This document shows, piece by piece, positions 60,486-64,000 of a DNA stretch of 64,000 nucleotides. The first letter of the stretch is position 1; the number at the start of each line of letters is the position of its first letter. Below the pieces are notes generated by a model that did no database searches, was not told the origin of the DNA, and worked only from the letters and a program-made list of their open reading frames with translations. Position numbers and translations under genes: made by a program. This stretch comes from the human T2T-CHM13v2.0 reference genome, Homo sapiens. The stretch is taken from contig CP086569.2 of assembly GCA_009914755.4 (NCBI GenBank), positions 16,448,001-16,512,000 of the forward strand. The letters run 5' to 3'.

Positions 60486-60787
60486 TTTTTTTTTTTTTTT
60501 TTTTTTTTGACAGAATCTCACTCTGTCACCCAGGCTGCAGTGCAATGGTGTGATCTCGGTTCACTGCAACTTCCACCTCTCTGATTCAAGAGATTCTCCC
60601 ATCTCCGCCTCCTGAGTAGCTGGGACTACAGGTGTGCACCATGACTCCATGCACACTTTTGTATTTTCAGTAGAGATAGGGTTTCATCATGTTGGCCAGG
60701 CTGGTCTCAAACTCCTGACCTCAGGTGATCTGCTCGACTCAGCCACCCAAAGTGCTGGGATTACAGACATGAGCCACAGAACCTGAC
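60486..60787 (-). mobile_element. Alu, located inside the spacer of the inverted-repeat pair.
   Basis: (T)23 then gacagaatctcactctgtcacccaggctgcagtgcaatggtgtgatctcggttcactgcaac...ctgggattacagacatgagccacagaacctgacc. Confidence 0.9.
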
Positions 60788-60862
60788 CATGATAAGTTTG
60801 TCTTACCTGGCAAATACATCACATCTTCAAAGTAGCAAATTGTACAATTTCTTATATATATT

Positions 60863-60990
60863 TTACATAGTAAGCAAACGCAATCACTTTTATATAGTGG
60901 TTTGGGATATAAAATTTGCTTTACTGAGCATATGAGAATCCAAGGTTTCAAATTAAATTATTTATACATAGAGATGATCATGTTTTTCTA
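60863..60990. repeat. Right arm of the inverted-repeat pair. It is the reverse complement of 59604-59734.
   Basis: The reverse complement reads ttagaaaaacatgatcatctctatgtataaataatttaatttgaaaccttggattctcatatgctcagtaaagcaaattttatatcccaaaccactatataaaagtgattgcgtttgcttac. Confidence 0.85.
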
Positions 60991-61891
60991 AAGAAAATAT
61001 TGTAAATGAGCATGTTTTTATAAATATGTGCTTTGAATTGCTAAAATTTATACAAATTTTACAATGTATACAAAAATAAATACATCAAAGTACTGTATTT
61101 ACAAAGATACACATATTTTCCAGTGGCAACGCCCCAGTGGTGATTACATTTGGAATAGAAGCTATCTCATGAATCAAATATACAGATTTATCCCAGTGAG
61201 TTCTGAGCAAGATGATATTTTCCTATTTCTCTTATAGTAATGTTGGCACCATATGAACCACTTGGGCCTGACCATAACTTTCCGTGATAATCCACTATGA
61301 TGGGGCTCCCCAGTCCCTACACCATAGACTCCTGCCAGTCTGTGGCCTGTTAGGAACTGGACCACTAAGTGGGAAATGAGCAGAGGGCAAGTGAGCAAAG
61401 CTTCACCTGTATTTACAGCTGTTCCCAATCACTCACATTACCACCTGCACTCAGCCTCCTGTCAGATGAACGACTGCATTAGATTCTCATAGGAACATGA
61501 AGCCTATTGTTACCTGCAAATATGAGGGAGCTAGGTTGTGCACTACTTATGAGAATCCAATGCCTAATAATCTGTCACTGTCTCCTATCACCCCCAGATG
61601 GGACTGACTAGATGCAGGAAAACTAGCTCAGGGCTGCCACTGATTCTACATTATGGTAAGTTGTATATTTATTTTATTATATATTACAATGTAATTACAA
61701 ATGTAATGTGCTTGAATTAACCTGAAACCATCCCTCACCCCTACCACCCCTCGTTCATGGAAAAATTGTTTTCCATGAAATCAGTCCCTGTTGCCAAAAA
61801 ATGTGGGGGCTGCTACTCTTTGGGTACTCTCTGCTTGTTGCCACTGAAAATCCAGATAAGAGATCAGAGGAAGAGGCCCTAATGAATGAAT

Positions 61892-64000
61892 TGTGATATA
61901 TTACTCCATTCTCATTCTGCTAATAAAGACATACTTGAGAAATTTATAAAGGAAAGAGGTTTAATTGATCAGTTTAGCATGGCTGCAGAGGCCTCAGGAA
62001 ACTTACGATTATGGCAGAAGGAGAAGCAAACACATCCATCTTCACATGGCAGCAGGAAGGAGAAGTGCAGTGCAAAGGTGGGGAAAAGCCCACTGTAAAA
62101 CCATCACATCTCATGAAAACTCACTCACTATCATGAGAACAGCAGGGGCATATCTGCCCCCATGATTCAATTACCTCCCACCAGGCCCCTCCCACAACAT
62201 GGGGATTATGGGAACTACAATTCAAGATGAGATTTGGGTGGGAACACATCATTCTGCCCCTGGCACCTGACAAGTGTCATGTCCTTTCATTTCAAAACAC
62301 AATCATGTCTTCCCAAAAGTCCTCCAAAGTCTTAACTAATTCCGGCATTAATTCAGAACTCCAAGTCCAAAGCCTCATATCAGACAAGACAAAGTCCTTC
62401 TGCCTATAAGCCCGTAATATTACTTTCTACATAAAATGGGGATACAGGGATTGGATAAATATACCCATTTCAAATGGGAGAAATTAGCCAAAATAAAGAG
62501 GCTACAGGCCCCATGCAAGTCCAAAATTCAGTAGGGCAGTAATTAAATCTTAAAATTCCAAAATAATCTCCTTTGACTCCATTGTCTCACATCTGGGTCA
62601 CACCAATGCAAGATATCGGCTTCCATGATATTGAGCAGCTCCACCCTTGTGACTTTGCAGGGTACAGCCCCTGTCTTGGCTGCTTTCATACACTGGTGTG
62701 GAATGTCTATGGCTTTTCCAGGTGCATGGTGCAAGCTGCTAGTGGATGTACCATTCTGAGGTCTGGAGGATGGTTGCCTCTTTTCACAGCTCTACTAGGC
62801 AGTGTTCCAATGGGGACTCTGTTTGGGGGCTCCCACCCCACATTTCCCTTATGCACGACCCTAGCAGAGGTTCTCCATGAGGGCTCTGCTACTGCATCAC
62901 ACCTCTGCCTGGATATCCAGGGCTTTTCATACATCTTCTGAAATCTAGGTGGAGGTTCTGAAACCTCAATTCTTGCATTCTATTCACCTGCAGGACTGAC
63001 ACCACATGGAGGCTTGAGACTTACACCCTCTGAAGCCATGGCCCAAGCTGTACTTTTGCTCCTTTTTACCACAGTTGAAACAGCACAAGTTGGAACAAAG
63101 CACCAAGTCCAGAGGCAGCACAAAGCAGTGGGAAAAGCATTTTTTTCCTCCTATACCTCCAGACCTGTGATGGGAAGACTACCATCAAGGTTGCTGAGAT
63201 GGCCTGGAGACATTTTCACCATTGGCTCCTCATTAATTTTGCAAATTTCATCAATGAGTTTGAATTTCTTCCCAGAAAATGGTTTTCTTTCTTTTCTACT
63301 GCATCATCAGGCTTCAAATTTTCTAAACTTTTATGCTCTGTTACTTCTCGAATACTTTGCTGCTTAGAAATTTCTTCTGCCAGATACCCTTAAATTTTCT
63401 CTCTTAATTTCAAAGTTCCAAAGATCTCTAGGGCAGGGGCAGAAAGCTGCCAGTCTCCTTGCTAAAGTACAGCAAGAGTCACCTTTACTCAAGTTCCCAA
63501 CAAATTCTTCATCTCCATCTGAGACCACCTCAGCCTGAATATTATTGTCCATATTACTATCAGCATTTTGGTCAAAGCCATTCAGCAAGTCGCTAGGAGG
63601 CTCTAAACTTTCTCACATCTTCCTGTCTTCCAAACCCTCCAATTCTCTAGGCAGTTCCAAAGTTTCCCACATCTTCTTGTTTCCTTAGCCCTCCAAGTCT
63701 CTAGGAAGTTCCAAGGCTATCCCACATTTTTCTGTCTTCTTCTGAGCCCTGAAAACTGTTCCAACCTCTGCTTCTTACCCACTTCCAAAGTCACTTCCAT
63801 ATTTTTGGGTACCTTTACAGCAGCACCCCACTACCAGCTACTAATTTATTGTATTATTCAGTTCTCATGCTGATAATAAAGACATACCCAAGACAGGGTA
63901 ATTTATAAAGGAAAGAAGTTTAATAGACTCACAGTTCCTTAAGGATGGGGAGGCTTCAGGAATCTTATGATCATGGCAGAATGGGAAGCAAACATGTCCT
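61892..64000 (-). mobile_element. ERVL-MaLR (THE1/MST-type) proviral element: 3' LTR 61892-62250, internal region 62250-63858, 5' LTR from 63859 and cut off by the window end.
   Basis: Both LTRs in antisense begin ...tcattctgctaataaagacatac[tc]...aatttataaaggaaaga[ga]gtttaat.gact... The first ends ...caattcaagatgagatttgggtgggaacac. The LTRs are separated by about 1.6 kb, the typical length of a MaLR internal region. Confidence 0.75.

Noticed and set aside
62573-63588. ORFs of 117-122 aa inside 62250-63858.
   Set aside because: They lie within the internal region of a MaLR retroelement, which is non-coding or degenerate in this family. They are not host genes.

Overview
This window is primate, human-like nuclear genomic DNA, not a prokaryotic locus. 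It is AT-rich and carries more than 20 Alu copies, including two young AluY with intact target-site duplications. It also holds one full-length L1PA-type LINE with broken ORFs, one 5'-inverted (twin-primed) L1, several L1 3' fragments, MaLR/THE1-type LTR elements and numerous microsatellites. The main locus is a multi-exon arylsulfatase homologue on the + strand, spanning about 5.7 kb to 52.3 kb. Its six recognisable exon blocks are colinear with human steroid sulfatase (STS). Each block keeps AG/GT splice-like boundaries, but both homologues of the STS start codons are lost, and the blocks carry in-frame stops, frameshifts and a 10-bp deletion. This is an unprocessed STS pseudogene. It is most consistent with the Y-linked STS pseudogene (STSP1) or a primate orthologue, but the chromosomal assignment is inference and I could not search it. 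Homologues of the STS middle exons (about 100 residues) were not found with confidence, and two weak candidates are flagged. There is no defence system, CRISPR array, operon or other new biological system here. The long ORFs in the track are L1 ORF1/ORF2 fragments, repeat-induced low-complexity frames, or chance ORFs. Interesting structure beyond standard repeats includes a compound TG/GATA/GGAT STR cluster in a pseudo-intron and a twin-primed L1 with a 16-bp TSD. There is also a ~128-bp inverted-repeat pair bracketing 1.1 kb with an Alu inside, an Alu split by a mini L1 insertion, and an Alu whose linker has expanded into (GAAA)n.
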